Virus genome (UHGV): UHGV-0468246
DNA length: 64,000 nucleotides
Direction: 5' to 3' (one strand)
DNA from: a virus
A model generated the notes under the pieces. That model was given only the letters and a program-made list of their open reading frames with translations, was not told where the DNA came from and did no database searches. The position numbers were made by a program, and so were the translations under genes. Of this stretch, positions 16,735-25,414 are shown in pieces. The stretch's first letter is position 1. Every line of letters begins with the position of its first letter.

Positions 16735-17442
16735 CTATTCTACCGTATGCTCCTTCAACATGCGCACGATTCTCGCCAACGACGGCACCGCGACGGCGCG
16801 CGCGTTCCATTTCGCAAGGGCGCGGTCGAGCATGTGCGCTCGCGCAACGCCCTCGCCTGCCTCGAACAGCTCGAACGGCATCCGCTCGCACACCTCGAAG
16901 CCGCATCCGCACCGCACCGACAAGAGCGCGAGCCTTCCTCCGACGGCAAGACCGGTCGTGCTCCGTTCGACGGTCGGCACCGAACCGCACAGCGGGCACC
17001 TCGCCGGAAGCCCGCGCAGCCTCAACTCGTCGGCGGCTGCGGAGTTGCCCATCATGGCGAGTTCAGACAGCTCGGCATCTCCGACGCACGATGCAGGACG
17101 GCGGAACGGGCACTCCTCGTCGGCCATCGCGCCCGCTACGACAAGCGGAGCGAGCCTTATGCCAGCGCGACCGCGCAGGAACGGGCAGAGCACGAGCGCC
17201 GACGGCGCACGTCCATACTGGCGCACGGCGCTCCACATGTTGACGCACTCGGCGCACCGTGCGAGCTGATAGCAGTCGCGCTCGAACAATGGCGCATCGA
17301 CATCGACCGTCGATGCGAAGAAGTCGGAGCCTCCGCATCTGGCGCACCTGCGCTCCCCATCAGCCGTCGGCACCGCCACGATGACCGCGCCGCATCGTGC
17401 GCATACATCGCATCCGACCGTCTCGCTCCTATTCCCGCCCAT
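16735..17442 (-). CDS. Tandem Lar-family (restriction alleviation) zinc-ribbon protein (235 aa)
   Basis: Two CxxCG...C.CG zinc-ribbon units. The second, CPLCGS...VRCGCGFEV...AKWNARA, matches the Lar pattern C.CGG...V.C..CG...A..WN.R. Confidence 0.5.
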   Translation of the reverse strand: MGGNRSETVGCDVCARCGAVIVAVPTADGERRCARCGGSDFFASTVDVDAPLFERDCYQLARCAECVNMWSAVRQYGRAPSALVLCPFLRGRAGIRLAPLVVAGAMADEECPFRRPASCVGDAELSELAMMGNSAAADELRLRGLPARCPLCGSVPTVERSTTGLAVGGRLALLSVRCGCGFEVCERMPFELFEAGEGVARAHMLDRALAKWNARAVAVPSLARIVRMLKEHTVE

Positions 17443-17454
17443 GCCCGTCTCCTC

Positions 17455-17823
17455 TCACAGAAGCGGCGGCTGTTCCCAAGAGAACGTCTCGCCGTTTCTA
17501 AGCCTCACAGATTCAATCCTAGTTGCAGGGGGGGGGTCGTCCGCCTTCCCCGCCTCCTGCGGCATCTGGGGCACCTTTGCGGGCGCTTTCCAGTCGTCTT
17601 TGGTGTGGTACTCCGACGGGTGCCGCTCGAACTTCTGCAAGTAGTCGAGAATCTTCCCGCACGAATCGTGCCCGTAGCGGTAGAGCTTGCGCACCACCAC
17701 GCACGTCAGAACCGGGTCTACCTCGTTCTCCAAGAAGCAGTCGAGGAGCGGCTTCGGGTCGTCCGGGCCGCACCTCTCCAACGCTTCGAGGAGTTCGCGG
17801 TAGCCCTTCCTCTCACCGGGCAC
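17455..17823 (-). CDS. Hypothetical protein (122 aa) with a C9 coding tract near its 3' end
   Basis: The minus-strand poly-C (plus G9 at 17528-17536) encodes DDPPPAT. Confidence 0.45.
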   Translation of the reverse strand: MPGERKGYRELLEALERCGPDDPKPLLDCFLENEVDPVLTCVVVRKLYRYGHDSCGKILDYLQKFERHPSEYHTKDDWKAPAKVPQMPQEAGKADDPPPATRIESVRLRNGETFSWEQPPLL

Positions 17824-17939
17824 CTTCGGCCTCCCGTTCGAGCGCGCGGGCCAGCGCCTCCTCCGCGCGCCTCCCTATGTCCTCGCGCCTGCCCTTCGGC
17901 ACGTTGCCCGCGCGCTCCTCGCACGCGTCGGGGCGGCGA

Positions 17940-18620
17940 TCAGACATCCTCTACCTCCTCGAAGCCGTGGTCGGAAAGCCCGCGAAGCCACACGTCGCGC
18001 CGTTCGCCGTTCTCGTCCGACAGAACCGCGCACGGGCCTCCCTCCGGGTTCACGACGGCCTCGACCCGGTACCGCTTCCCATCCTTCGCCAGCACTGCTC
18101 CGGGCACGAAGCCTAGGTGCCCGGCCATGTCCTGCGCCGCAGCCGCCTCCTCCGCGCGCGCCCTCTCGTCAACCGCGCCGAGCGGGCGGGCGGCCTCCTT
18201 GCCCTCCATCGCCTGCGCTTCGTAGGCGGCGCTTTCGCGTTCGAGCCGTTCGATCTCGGCCCGCCATGCGCCGTCGGCCCTCTCCTCGCGGTGCGCCCGA
18301 AGGAACTCCCAATGCCCGGCTCCTTCCAGCGCCTCGTGCCGCTCGATGCTCACCAGCCTTTCCGGGTTTGCCAGCATAAGGGTGTCGGCGGGATGCAGCC
18401 CGACCTTGTTGAACTGCTCGATCACGGCCACCGGCGCGGCTTGCGCCACGGCCCAGCCGACGACGGAGAACGGCACGTCCTGATCTTCCTCGAACGCGAC
18501 CTTGCTGCCGTAGAATATGGGCTTGCCGTCGGCACCTTGCGCCGAGAACAGGCCGAGCGCCCTTGCGTTCAGCGCCGCTTGGCTCCTTCCGAGCGCCCAT
18601 GACGATTCGCTTCCCACCAT
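17940..18620 (-). CDS. Hypothetical protein (226 aa)
   Basis: ORF. Confidence 0.4.
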   Translation of the reverse strand: MVGSESSWALGRSQAALNARALGLFSAQGADGKPIFYGSKVAFEEDQDVPFSVVGWAVAQAAPVAVIEQFNKVGLHPADTLMLANPERLVSIERHEALEGAGHWEFLRAHREERADGAWRAEIERLERESAAYEAQAMEGKEAARPLGAVDERARAEEAAAAQDMAGHLGFVPGAVLAKDGKRYRVEAVVNPEGGPCAVLSDENGERRDVWLRGLSDHGFEEVEDV

Positions 18621-19393
18621 CTGTAATTCTCCCTTCTCGGGTATCCTTCCCGTGAGTTAATCCAATCGCATGCGGTCTGGCAGTCCCGCTTGTCGCAGAA
18701 CAGGGTGTCGGAGTACAACGGGTAACAGTCGTCCTCGCCCTCGTGCTGCGTTTTGAACAGCGACGGCATGCCGCCTTCTTCCGGAAGCTCCGCGACGACG
18801 TTTTCGAGGTCGAACCGGCTTGCGCCGTCGATGTCGTCGTCCCCGCTGGGCGCGTAGTAAAGATCGCACGGCTCCGTCCCGTCTGCGCCGCTCTCGTATC
18901 TGAACCGCTTCCGCACGCTCGCCAGCACGTACTCTACCGGCTGGTACTCGACGATGCGAACGCCGCATGTCTGGCACGTCTCGGTGTACACGTTCCCCTG
19001 CGGCGAGGTGAACGCGATCTTGCGGTCTTCGTTGCAGTCGGGGCACTTCTCCGGCCAGTCGGTGCGAACCAAGCTGGGACGGTACGCGACGACGCGCTCC
19101 GCGAGCGCCGCAATCGCCTCTCCGAGCCATGCGTCGCGCAGCGGCTTGTCGATGCGCATGCGCGCGGAACTCAACTCGCTTTCGAGCGCCTTGCACCTTT
19201 CGCGCGTCTCATCGAGCATCCTGCGCTCCTCGTCGAGCTGGCGCTGCGTCTCTTGCAGCAGGGCCATCTCCTTCGGGTACAGCGCGCCGGTCACGAGGCG
19301 GCACACCTCCTCCGGCGTTATGTCGCGGGGAATCCCTTGCGCCTCGTCAGTCATCCTGCCCCTCCTTGCTCCAATCCTCGTAGCTGTCGGCAA
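18569..19393 (-). CDS. Hypothetical zinc-ribbon-containing protein (274 aa)
   Basis: CPDCNEDRK...CQTCG motif. Confidence 0.4.
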   Translation of the reverse strand: MPTATRIGARRGRMTDEAQGIPRDITPEEVCRLVTGALYPKEMALLQETQRQLDEERRMLDETRERCKALESELSSARMRIDKPLRDAWLGEAIAALAERVVAYRPSLVRTDWPEKCPDCNEDRKIAFTSPQGNVYTETCQTCGVRIVEYQPVEYVLASVRKRFRYESGADGTEPCDLYYAPSGDDDIDGASRFDLENVVAELPEEGGMPSLFKTQHEGEDDCYPLYSDTLFCDKRDCQTACDWINSREGYPRRENYRWWEANRHGRSEGAKRR

Positions 19394-19664
19394 GCGACCA
19401 CAGCTTGGGGCACCCCAGCTGCTCCATGCGGTCTGCGAGCGCGCGCACGGCGTATGCGTTCTCGACCTTCATGAGGTTTTCGAGGCGCGTGTGCGCGCAC
19501 GTGTCGCCCGTGCTGTACGCGACGAACGCCGTCATCCTCCCCTCGTCCACGCTCTTCACAACGCCGATCTCGCATTTGAACACGTTGCCGTCCTCGTTCA
19601 TCGGCGCGTACACCACGAGGTCGCCCTTCTTGAAGAACCCGCTCACGTACCTTTTCTCCGGCAT
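19347..19664 (-). CDS. Hypothetical protein (105 aa)
   Basis: ATG at 19664. Upstream lie a GAAAGGAG ribosome-binding site and a degenerate palindrome copy at 19679-19694. Confidence 0.5.
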   Translation of the reverse strand: MPEKRYVSGFFKKGDLVVYAPMNEDGNVFKCEIGVVKSVDEGRMTAFVAYSTGDTCAHTRLENLMKVENAYAVRALADRMEQLGCPKLWSLADSYEDWSKEGQDD

Positions 19665-19691
19665 GTCCGTCTCCTTTCTCGATTATTTAAT

Positions 19692-19883
19692 TCAGGCGAG
19701 CCGACGTATCTTGCCGGTTTCCCGGAAAATATGCCACGAGCTTACCGGCACCTTCGCCCCGCACCCTCCGCACACCAGAACGTGGTCGAACTCGAAGCGC
19801 TCGTCCCCGTCGCAGCGCAGATCGTGCTCGACAGTCCATTCCGTCGGCTTCTCGCAGCGCGGGCAGTAAAGCCAATCGTCCAC
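19692..19883 (-). CDS. Small zinc-ribbon protein (~63 aa, GTG start)
   Basis: AAAGGAGG ribosome-binding site plus GTG at 19883. My translation: VDDWLYCPRCEKPTEWTVEHDLRCDGDERFEFDHVLVCGGCGAKV... The upstream part of the track ORF 19692..20555 is a translation of the AT-rich promoter motif and an Arg-rich shadow frame. Confidence 0.5.
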   Translation of the reverse strand: MDDWLYCPRCEKPTEWTVEHDLRCDGDERFEFDHVLVCGGCGAKVPVSSWHIFRETGKIRRLA

Positions 19884-19927
19884 AACGGCCTCCTTTCGTC
19901 CTCGTGCGATCTTACCACATTCCTTCA

Positions 19928-19975
19928 CTGTTGTCTTAACTTTTTCTCTTAATTCTTTTTTTACTTTCGTCTTTC
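19928..19975 (-). repeat. AT-rich motif copy, minus orientation, with a TGTGGTAAGAT extended -10-like box (19909-19919) and a terminator hairpin (20008-20029)
   Basis: Minus-strand reading: hairpin GGGGCGGCC-atcg-GGCCGCCCC, then TTTGCTTTTCC, then GTAAAAAAAGAATTAAGAGAAAAAGTTAAGACAACAGTGAAGGAATGTGGTAAGAT. Confidence 0.55.
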
Positions 19976-20555
19976 CGCATCCTGTTGAAGAGCGGTGGAA
20001 AAGCAAAGGGGCGGCCCGATGGCCGCCCCTCTCAATCGCCCTGAAGCCCCCCCCCGGCGCTGCTCTTCCAGCGCCTCGTCCACGCGCCTCTCGATGCGGC
20101 CTTCCACGAGCCAGCACACGACCTCCGGCACCGTGAACGGATTGGAGGCGTGCCCTCCCGTAACCTCGTCGTAGACCTTGGGCACGATGTCGAGCAGCAC
20201 GCTGTAGTCGTGCAGCTCCGCAAGCACCTTCTCCTTCGAGAGCGCGCCGTCCTCGTCGGTCACGAGCCGCAGCCAGAACTCCTCGTCGAGCTCGCGCCTT
20301 TCGCCCCGCTTCTTCTCCGCGACCGCGCGCCCGGTCGTGTGCTCCGTTCCGGGGAACGGCTCGAACGTCACCGTCCCGTCGCCCGACCCGTGCAGCACCG
20401 TCGCGCCCTCGTAGCAGCCGTTGCACACGTCCATGTGCGCGCCGAGCGCGTACGGCTCCGTCTTCTGGCCCCATCCGTTGCGGTCGAGCCATACGGGCAC
20501 CACAACGCCGACGCGGATGTCTCCGTGGCCGAACTCGCCTCCGCACACCTCGCAC
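19961..20555 (-). CDS. Hypothetical protein (C-terminal part of track ORF 19961..20950; start uncertain) with a G9 coding tract
   Basis: CEVCGGEFGHGD...EVVCWLVEGRIERRVDEALEEQRRGGASG. The poly-G (plus C9 at 20047-20055) encodes RRGGAS near the 3' end. Confidence 0.4.
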
Positions 20556-20556
20556 C

Positions 20557-20979
20557 TCACGGCCTTCCTCCCTTCTTCTCGGCGAGCAGCATCTTGGCGC
20601 GCATCTCCGCGTAGCCGATCTTGTTGCCGCCGCCGTCGGTCACGCTCACGCACTTGCCGAGGTGCTGGGCGCACTCGACGGCGATTGACAGGTCGCCCTC
20701 CGCCCATTCGAGCAGCCTCTTCGCGCGCATGACACCGCAACGGCACGCCCCGTGCACGCGCAGCACCTTCTCCGTTGTAACGTCGCTCGTCTTGGGCGCA
20801 GCGTTTGGGCACACGTCGGACGGCTCGGCGCGGCTGCTCATGACGCGCTTGCGCGTCTCTATAGGAGCGCCGGGGTACTTCGCGCAGCGGCAACGGGCAA
20901 GCGACACGTCGCCCGCGTTCCACTCGCATCCGTCGCATAGGTACCAGCACGTCGTTCTCTCGTTATCCATCTTCTTCAA
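20557..20979 (-). CDS. Hypothetical Cys-rich protein (140 aa)
   Basis: ORF starting MKKMDNERTTCWYLCDGCEW. Confidence 0.45.
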   Translation of the reverse strand: MKKMDNERTTCWYLCDGCEWNAGDVSLARCRCAKYPGAPIETRKRVMSSRAEPSDVCPNAAPKTSDVTTEKVLRVHGACRCGVMRAKRLLEWAEGDLSIAVECAQHLGKCVSVTDGGGNKIGYAEMRAKMLLAEKKGGRP

Positions 20980-21206
20980 GCCTTTCTCCGCACCACGGGC
21001 AGAACGCCATGCCCTGCCCTTTGAGAACGTTCACCGAATCTAAGCACTCGCAATCATAGTCGAAGTCGATGTCCCGGAGGCCGAGTACCCATTGCCCGTC
21101 GGGAAAGGACGAACGCCCCTCATCGGGCCGGTATCTCCGGAGCGAGAAGCCCTTCGGCATCTTCCGGCACCGGTGCGTCTCGAAACCTGCATGTCGCGGG
21201 TCTCCG

Positions 21207-21415
21207 TCAGTCATAGCTCCACTCCCCCAACTCCACTTCCTCTCCGCAATGCGGGCACTCCACGCTCCCCCAGTCGTCCTGCCAGCATTCCGGCTCGTCA
21301 ACGTCCTCGAACGGCACGCCGGTCTGCCATCTGCAATGCGGGCACGTGAACGTGATGTCCACCGGCGCGCTGTTGATCGTGAAGTCGGCCTTCTCCTCGC
21401 GGCTCGTCATATCCT
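21207..21415 (-). CDS. Small zinc-ribbon protein (~69 aa, MTSREEKADF...)
   Basis: CPHCRW...CPHCGEE motif. C-terminal part of the track ORF 21207..21860. Confidence 0.4.
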
Positions 21416-21853
21416 TCCACCGTTCCTCTCCCTCGCGGCCTTTGCGCGAATCTCGGCGTACATGCGCTCCTCGTCCTCGCGCAGTATGCGGTAGGCGAGC
21501 CGCAGCTGTTCGAGGTCGAAGTAGCCGAAATGGCACTCCTCGACGGGTATGCCCATCCTGCCCGCCAGCCATTCGTACTGGCGCGTACGCTCCTTGCGCT
21601 TGTTCGGAGCGCCCAGCCACCGCCTGTCGAACAGCCGGTGGCAGAACTGCTTGCCGAGCCTCATGCGGTCGTCGGCCAGAAGCCCGAACGCCTCCTTCGG
21701 CCTCGGCACGTGCGTCCCGACGTACGCGCCGCACTCCGTGCAGCGGTAGCACCACCCGCTGCCGCGCTTGATGCCGTACACCTTCCTGTTGGGCACGTAC
21801 TCGACGCGCCCGCCGCACAGGTTGCACACGGTCGGCCTCTTCGGCGGAATCAT
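21407..21853 (-). CDS. Hypothetical zinc-finger protein (148 aa)
   Basis: CNLCGG...CYRCTECGAY motif. Confidence 0.45.
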   Translation of the reverse strand: MIPPKRPTVCNLCGGRVEYVPNRKVYGIKRGSGWCYRCTECGAYVGTHVPRPKEAFGLLADDRMRLGKQFCHRLFDRRWLGAPNKRKERTRQYEWLAGRMGIPVEECHFGYFDLEQLRLAYRILREDEERMYAEIRAKAARERNGGRI

Positions 21854-22650
21854 GCGCCAAGCTCCTTCCTGAACGCGCGGGATACCGCCTCGAACAGTAT
21901 GCCGTCGAGGAGCGCGTCCACGCTCTCGTCCGTTCTAAGGCCCCGTTCCTCGCAGAACGCGTCCGCCTTCGAGGAGATGCGCCTGCACGCCTCCTGCGCC
22001 GTCTCCGTGGCCTCTGCGGCGGTCATGCCGTCCCCGTCCCTCTTCACGCGAAGCAGCTCCGGGTGTCCCGACATGTCCAAGCACTCGCCGTAGGGCGCTC
22101 CCGCGACGTATCGGTCGATCATGATGTCGAGGCGCAGGATGTGGGAGAGCTGCTTCGGGTCGTAGCCGTAGCGCTCTATCCAAGGCATGCGGCTCGGGTA
22201 CTCGTGCGTGAGCGCGTTCAGCTTCTCGTGCGCCATGCCCTTCATGCACTTGACCGCCCGACCGGGGCAGTAGCGCGCGATCTCCTCGCGGCGGCGCAGC
22301 AGCTCCATCCACAGGTCGGCGTAGTCGTGGTTGAACAGGTGCCACTCCGTGAACAGAATCTCAACGAAGTTCACGTTCTGCTTGCGGAACGTCTTGAAGT
22401 ACTCGCGGATGTCCTTCACGTCGCAGTGCTCGCCGTTGCCCATCACGTGGGTGCGGCTCACCGCCTGACGGTTCAGCACGACATCCTCGAAGCATGGCAG
22501 CACCAGCAGCTTGCTGTCGATGTCGCTGCCCTCGTCGGAAAGCCCGTAGTTCTGCGAGCCTTGCAGGCAGATGGCGAACCAGTCGCCGCGCGCGTTTTTT
22601 TTAGATTCCTCCAAGTGCTCCGCGAGCCTCGCCGTCGGCAGGTCTTCCAT
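21850..22650 (-). CDS. Nucleotidyltransferase-fold protein (266 aa)
   Basis: GSQNYGLSDEGSDIDSKLLV fits the GS...D.D motif of DNA polymerase beta-type nucleotidyltransferases. Confidence 0.5.
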   Translation of the reverse strand: MEDLPTARLAEHLEESKKNARGDWFAICLQGSQNYGLSDEGSDIDSKLLVLPCFEDVVLNRQAVSRTHVMGNGEHCDVKDIREYFKTFRKQNVNFVEILFTEWHLFNHDYADLWMELLRRREEIARYCPGRAVKCMKGMAHEKLNALTHEYPSRMPWIERYGYDPKQLSHILRLDIMIDRYVAGAPYGECLDMSGHPELLRVKRDGDGMTAAEATETAQEACRRISSKADAFCEERGLRTDESVDALLDGILFEAVSRAFRKELGA

Positions 22651-22828
22651 ACTCTCTCCTCCTATCGTTCCAGAAGCGGACGGCGCGCTCGGGGTCGTTC
22701 AGGAAGCCCGTCTGGTTGCCGCACGCCTTGCAGCGCACGAACCACCTTGGCGGCTCCGTCCGGCCCGTCGCGTAGAGCGCCGCGCCGCCGCCGCATCCGC
22801 ATCGCTCTATTCTACTGGTAGATGTCAT
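22601..22828 (-). CDS. Lar-family restriction alleviation protein (75 aa)
   Basis: RCGCGGGAALY...WFVRCKACGNQTGF...AVRFWNDRR matches the Lar zinc-ribbon pattern. Confidence 0.6.
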   Translation of the reverse strand: MTSTSRIERCGCGGGAALYATGRTEPPRWFVRCKACGNQTGFLNDPERAVRFWNDRRREYGRPADGEARGALGGI

Positions 22829-23741
22829 AGTTCTCGCAGATTTCGCTCCAATTTTGGATAAGCCCCTGATAGCCGTCGCGCAGGTCGCGCAGCGTGCCCT
22901 TCTCCTCGTTCTCGCGCATCAGCACGTCGCGGTACAGCTCCTCGTCCCGGTACATCCGGACGTTCTCGTCTATGAGGCGGCTGATGACGCTGGGGTCGAG
23001 CGCGTCAAGCTCCCAGCATTCGTAGCCGAACCGCTCGATGTAGCCCTGCGCGCGGCTGTCCGACAGCTTCGTCGGGTTCGGCGGAGGCCCGAACTCCTCG
23101 ATCTGGTCGAGGTTCAGCGCGAGGCGGCGGAACTCAACGTCGTCGGCACTGAACAGCTCCAAGCGCGCCACGATGTCGCGGCTCATGTCCTTGCCGCTGG
23201 GGTCGTGGTCGCCGAGGTGCAGCAGCACCGCGTGCTGCCCAGCGTCGCAGCGCCGCTTCAGGCGCATGGCCGCTCCCCACAGCTCGCTCTGGCTGGTGTA
23301 GCCACGGCACGAGAAGCACGCAACGTCCAGCTTGTCGCTGATCTGCTCCACGATGCCTATGAGCGCGTCCTTCTCCACCCACACCTCGACGTAGTTCTCC
23401 TGCCCCTCCCAGTAGTCGATGTGGTACTGGCGGGCTATCGCGTCGATGATCTCCTGCGGCTCCTCCCAGTGCGGGCGGCGGCGCAGGTTGCGCGTGCGGT
23501 CTTCGATGGCGTGCCAATCGACGAGGCCCGCCAAGCGCGCGTCGTTGATGAGGTTGCCGAGGTTCTTGTAGCTGCGGATGTTGTTCGGGATGATGTCGCG
23601 CGACACCATCTGGTAGTAGAGCTGGCGCAGCGTCAGGCCGTACCCCTGCGCCTCGTACTCGGCCACTATGCCGTTGGCTATGCCGATGAGTTCCAGCTTG
23701 TCGTCGCGGAACGTCTTCTCGATGTACGCTATCTTAGGCAT
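22812..23741 (-). CDS. Spo11 / topoisomerase VI subunit A-like protein (mini-A, 309 aa): CAP tyrosine motif plus Toprim
   Basis: LRQLYYQMVS matches the R(D/Q)(I/L)YY catalytic-tyrosine motif. VEVWVEKDALIGIV carries the Toprim glutamate (vvEKd). HLGDHDPSG matches the Toprim DxDPxG motif. It overlaps the stop of the upstream GHKL gene by 8 nt. Confidence 0.6.
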   Translation of the reverse strand: MPKIAYIEKTFRDDKLELIGIANGIVAEYEAQGYGLTLRQLYYQMVSRDIIPNNIRSYKNLGNLINDARLAGLVDWHAIEDRTRNLRRRPHWEEPQEIIDAIARQYHIDYWEGQENYVEVWVEKDALIGIVEQISDKLDVACFSCRGYTSQSELWGAAMRLKRRCDAGQHAVLLHLGDHDPSGKDMSRDIVARLELFSADDVEFRRLALNLDQIEEFGPPPNPTKLSDSRAQGYIERFGYECWELDALDPSVISRLIDENVRMYRDEELYRDVLMRENEEKGTLRDLRDGYQGLIQNWSEICENYDIYQ

Positions 23742-24948
23742 CCTCGCCCTCCTTCTCCAAAAGCCCGTCTATCTCGTCGCGTATGAGGTGCATGCCGAAG
23801 AACCGCAGGTCGTCCGAGTTGTCGATGATCTCGCGAAGCTCGGCGCGCGCACGCTTCGACAGGCGCGGCTGCCCTTTGAGCCAGACGAGAATCTTCTTGT
23901 AGTCGCTCTTGCCGAAGGCGTTGACTGCGGCCTCCCTGCTGGCGTTCGACGACACCTTCGCCTCCAAGTCCTCGAACTCGTCGAGCGCGTCGTCGGCGAT
24001 GGCGATTATCTTGGAGACGATCTTGCTCTCCTCGTGGAACGCGCTCGCCTCGGCGCTGCCGCCGAGAACCTGCCACATGCCCTTCGTCCCGACGAACGTG
24101 CCCTCGTCAAGCCCGTTCTTCTCGAAGTAGTAGCGCTTGAAGCCCTCGCACTGGTCTTCGTCTATCTCGTCGAGGACGGCGCTTGCGTCGGACACGTCCA
24201 GATGCTTCTCGCCGAGCGAGTTGACGAGCAGGCTCACGTCCCCGCACGACGTGAGGGCGCGGGCCGTAAGCTCCTTCAGCTCGTAGTGGTTGATCGCCTT
24301 GCGGTCTCGGTCGAGGCTCACGTGCTCCGGCAGGAAGTCGTAGCCGTACGCGAAGCCGGTGTCCTCCTGCACGAACAGGCCGCCGACGTAGAACTTGCCC
24401 TTGTAGCGGCTCTCCAACATGATCGTCCCGTACTCGCTCTCGCGCTTCGCGCCGATGTCGCGGCCCATGAAGCGTTCGAGGGCTATGAACCTGTCCCCGA
24501 AGGAGCGCATCATGGCGGGCGAGATGCCGCCGATGCGGAACTCCGTGAACTCGCCGCCCGGAACGCCGGTCTCCTCCACGTCGATCTGCAACGATTCCTC
24601 GCCGAACGTCTCGGACAGGCGGAACTCCGGTGTCCAAGTCTCCGCGTCGGTGACGACCTTCACCGGCTTGCGCTCGCGCGTCAGCACCAGAAGCGCCAGC
24701 TTGTATCCCTCGCCGTACTTCCCGATGTAGCGCTCGTCGTCCTTGCCCGATTCGCCGAGCAGGAGCGTCGATGTCTTCAGTCGCGCGCCGTCGGTGAGGA
24801 TGGACAGCGTTTCGCGGTCGTACGACACGGACACCTCCGCCCCGTCCGCCTTCTGGTCGATGGCGTTCTGCAAAATCTCGCGGACTGCCTCCTCCACGCC
24901 CCAGCCGCTCACGTACTTGGGCGACAGGCTCAACTCGATGGTCTTCAT
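23734..24948 (-). CDS. GHKL (Bergerat-fold) ATPase, topoisomerase VI subunit B-like (404 aa)
   Basis: N-box EILQNAIDQ and G2 box IGKYGEGYKLAL. Lies immediately upstream of, and translationally overlapping, the Top6A-like gene. Preceded by ribosome-binding site, palindrome, -10-like box, AT-motif and terminator. Confidence 0.55.
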   Translation of the reverse strand: MKTIELSLSPKYVSGWGVEEAVREILQNAIDQKADGAEVSVSYDRETLSILTDGARLKTSTLLLGESGKDDERYIGKYGEGYKLALLVLTRERKPVKVVTDAETWTPEFRLSETFGEESLQIDVEETGVPGGEFTEFRIGGISPAMMRSFGDRFIALERFMGRDIGAKRESEYGTIMLESRYKGKFYVGGLFVQEDTGFAYGYDFLPEHVSLDRDRKAINHYELKELTARALTSCGDVSLLVNSLGEKHLDVSDASAVLDEIDEDQCEGFKRYYFEKNGLDEGTFVGTKGMWQVLGGSAEASAFHEESKIVSKIIAIADDALDEFEDLEAKVSSNASREAAVNAFGKSDYKKILVWLKGQPRLSKRARAELREIIDNSDDLRFFGMHLIRDEIDGLLEKEGEDA

Positions 24949-24962
24949 GGCCCTCCTTGCTC

Positions 24963-24978
24963 TCGATTAAATAATCGG
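24963..24978 (-). promoter_or_regulatory. 16-bp palindrome copy 4 (TCGATTAAATAATCGG) between the TGnTAAGAT -10-like box (24988-24998) and the ribosome-binding site of the GHKL gene
   Basis: Read on the minus strand: CCGATTATTTAATCGAGAGCAAGGAGGGCCATG. Confidence 0.6.
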
Positions 24979-25000
24979 CCTTGACCCATCTTACCACAAG

Positions 25001-25050
25001 CCTTAACTCTTGTCTTAACTTTTTCTTTCTTTTTTTATCTTACAAAAGAA
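25001..25050 (-). repeat. AT-rich motif copy, minus orientation, beside the terminator hairpin at 25053-25075
   Basis: Near-identical to the copy at 12087 (CTTAACTCTTGTCTTAACTTTTTCTTTCTTTTTTTATCTTACAAAAGAAA). Confidence 0.6.
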
Positions 25051-25052
25051 AA

Positions 25053-25075
25053 GGGGAGGGCTTGTGGCCCTCCCC
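25053..25075 (-). terminator. Hairpin GGGGAGGGC-ttgt-GGCCCTCCCC with a T-rich tail on the minus strand
   Basis: Stem-loop followed on the minus strand by TTTTCTTTTGT. Confidence 0.55.
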
Positions 25076-25076
25076 G

Positions 25077-25407
25077 TCACCACGCCGTCTGCCTGCGGAA
25101 CGGGCATCTCGTCCGAGAGCACGACTTCCTCGCCACCTCGACGGCGCAGCACGTGTTCGCCTGATCTCCGCACATAGGGGACGCCACGTGCCAGCCGGGG
25201 CCTAGAACCGTTTCGGCCAGCCGGTCGAGGGCGGCCTGCGCGTCGGTCGGCTGCGGCATGATGCCGTAGTCCCCGCCGTTGCCGGTCGCCCCGCTTTCGT
25301 CAACGAACGAGAGCGTGATCTGATACCCTCTGTTTATGTTGTCCATCTGCTGGTCGAAGTCCTTCTTCTCCATCTTGGTCGGGAACTTCGCCTCCATGCT
25401 CCCGCAT
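25077..25407 (-). CDS. Hypothetical protein (~110 aa, MEAKFPTKMEKK...)
   Basis: C-terminal part of the track ORF 25077..25616 from its first plausible ATG. Confidence 0.4.
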
Positions 25408-25414
25408 GCCGCCG

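Noticed and set aside
19692-20555. 287-aa ORF 19692..20555(-)
   Set aside because: The N-terminal ~220 aa are an Arg-rich shadow, plus a translation of the AT-rich promoter motif. Only the final ~63 codons, from GTG at 19883 behind AAAGGAGG, form a plausible zinc-ribbon gene.
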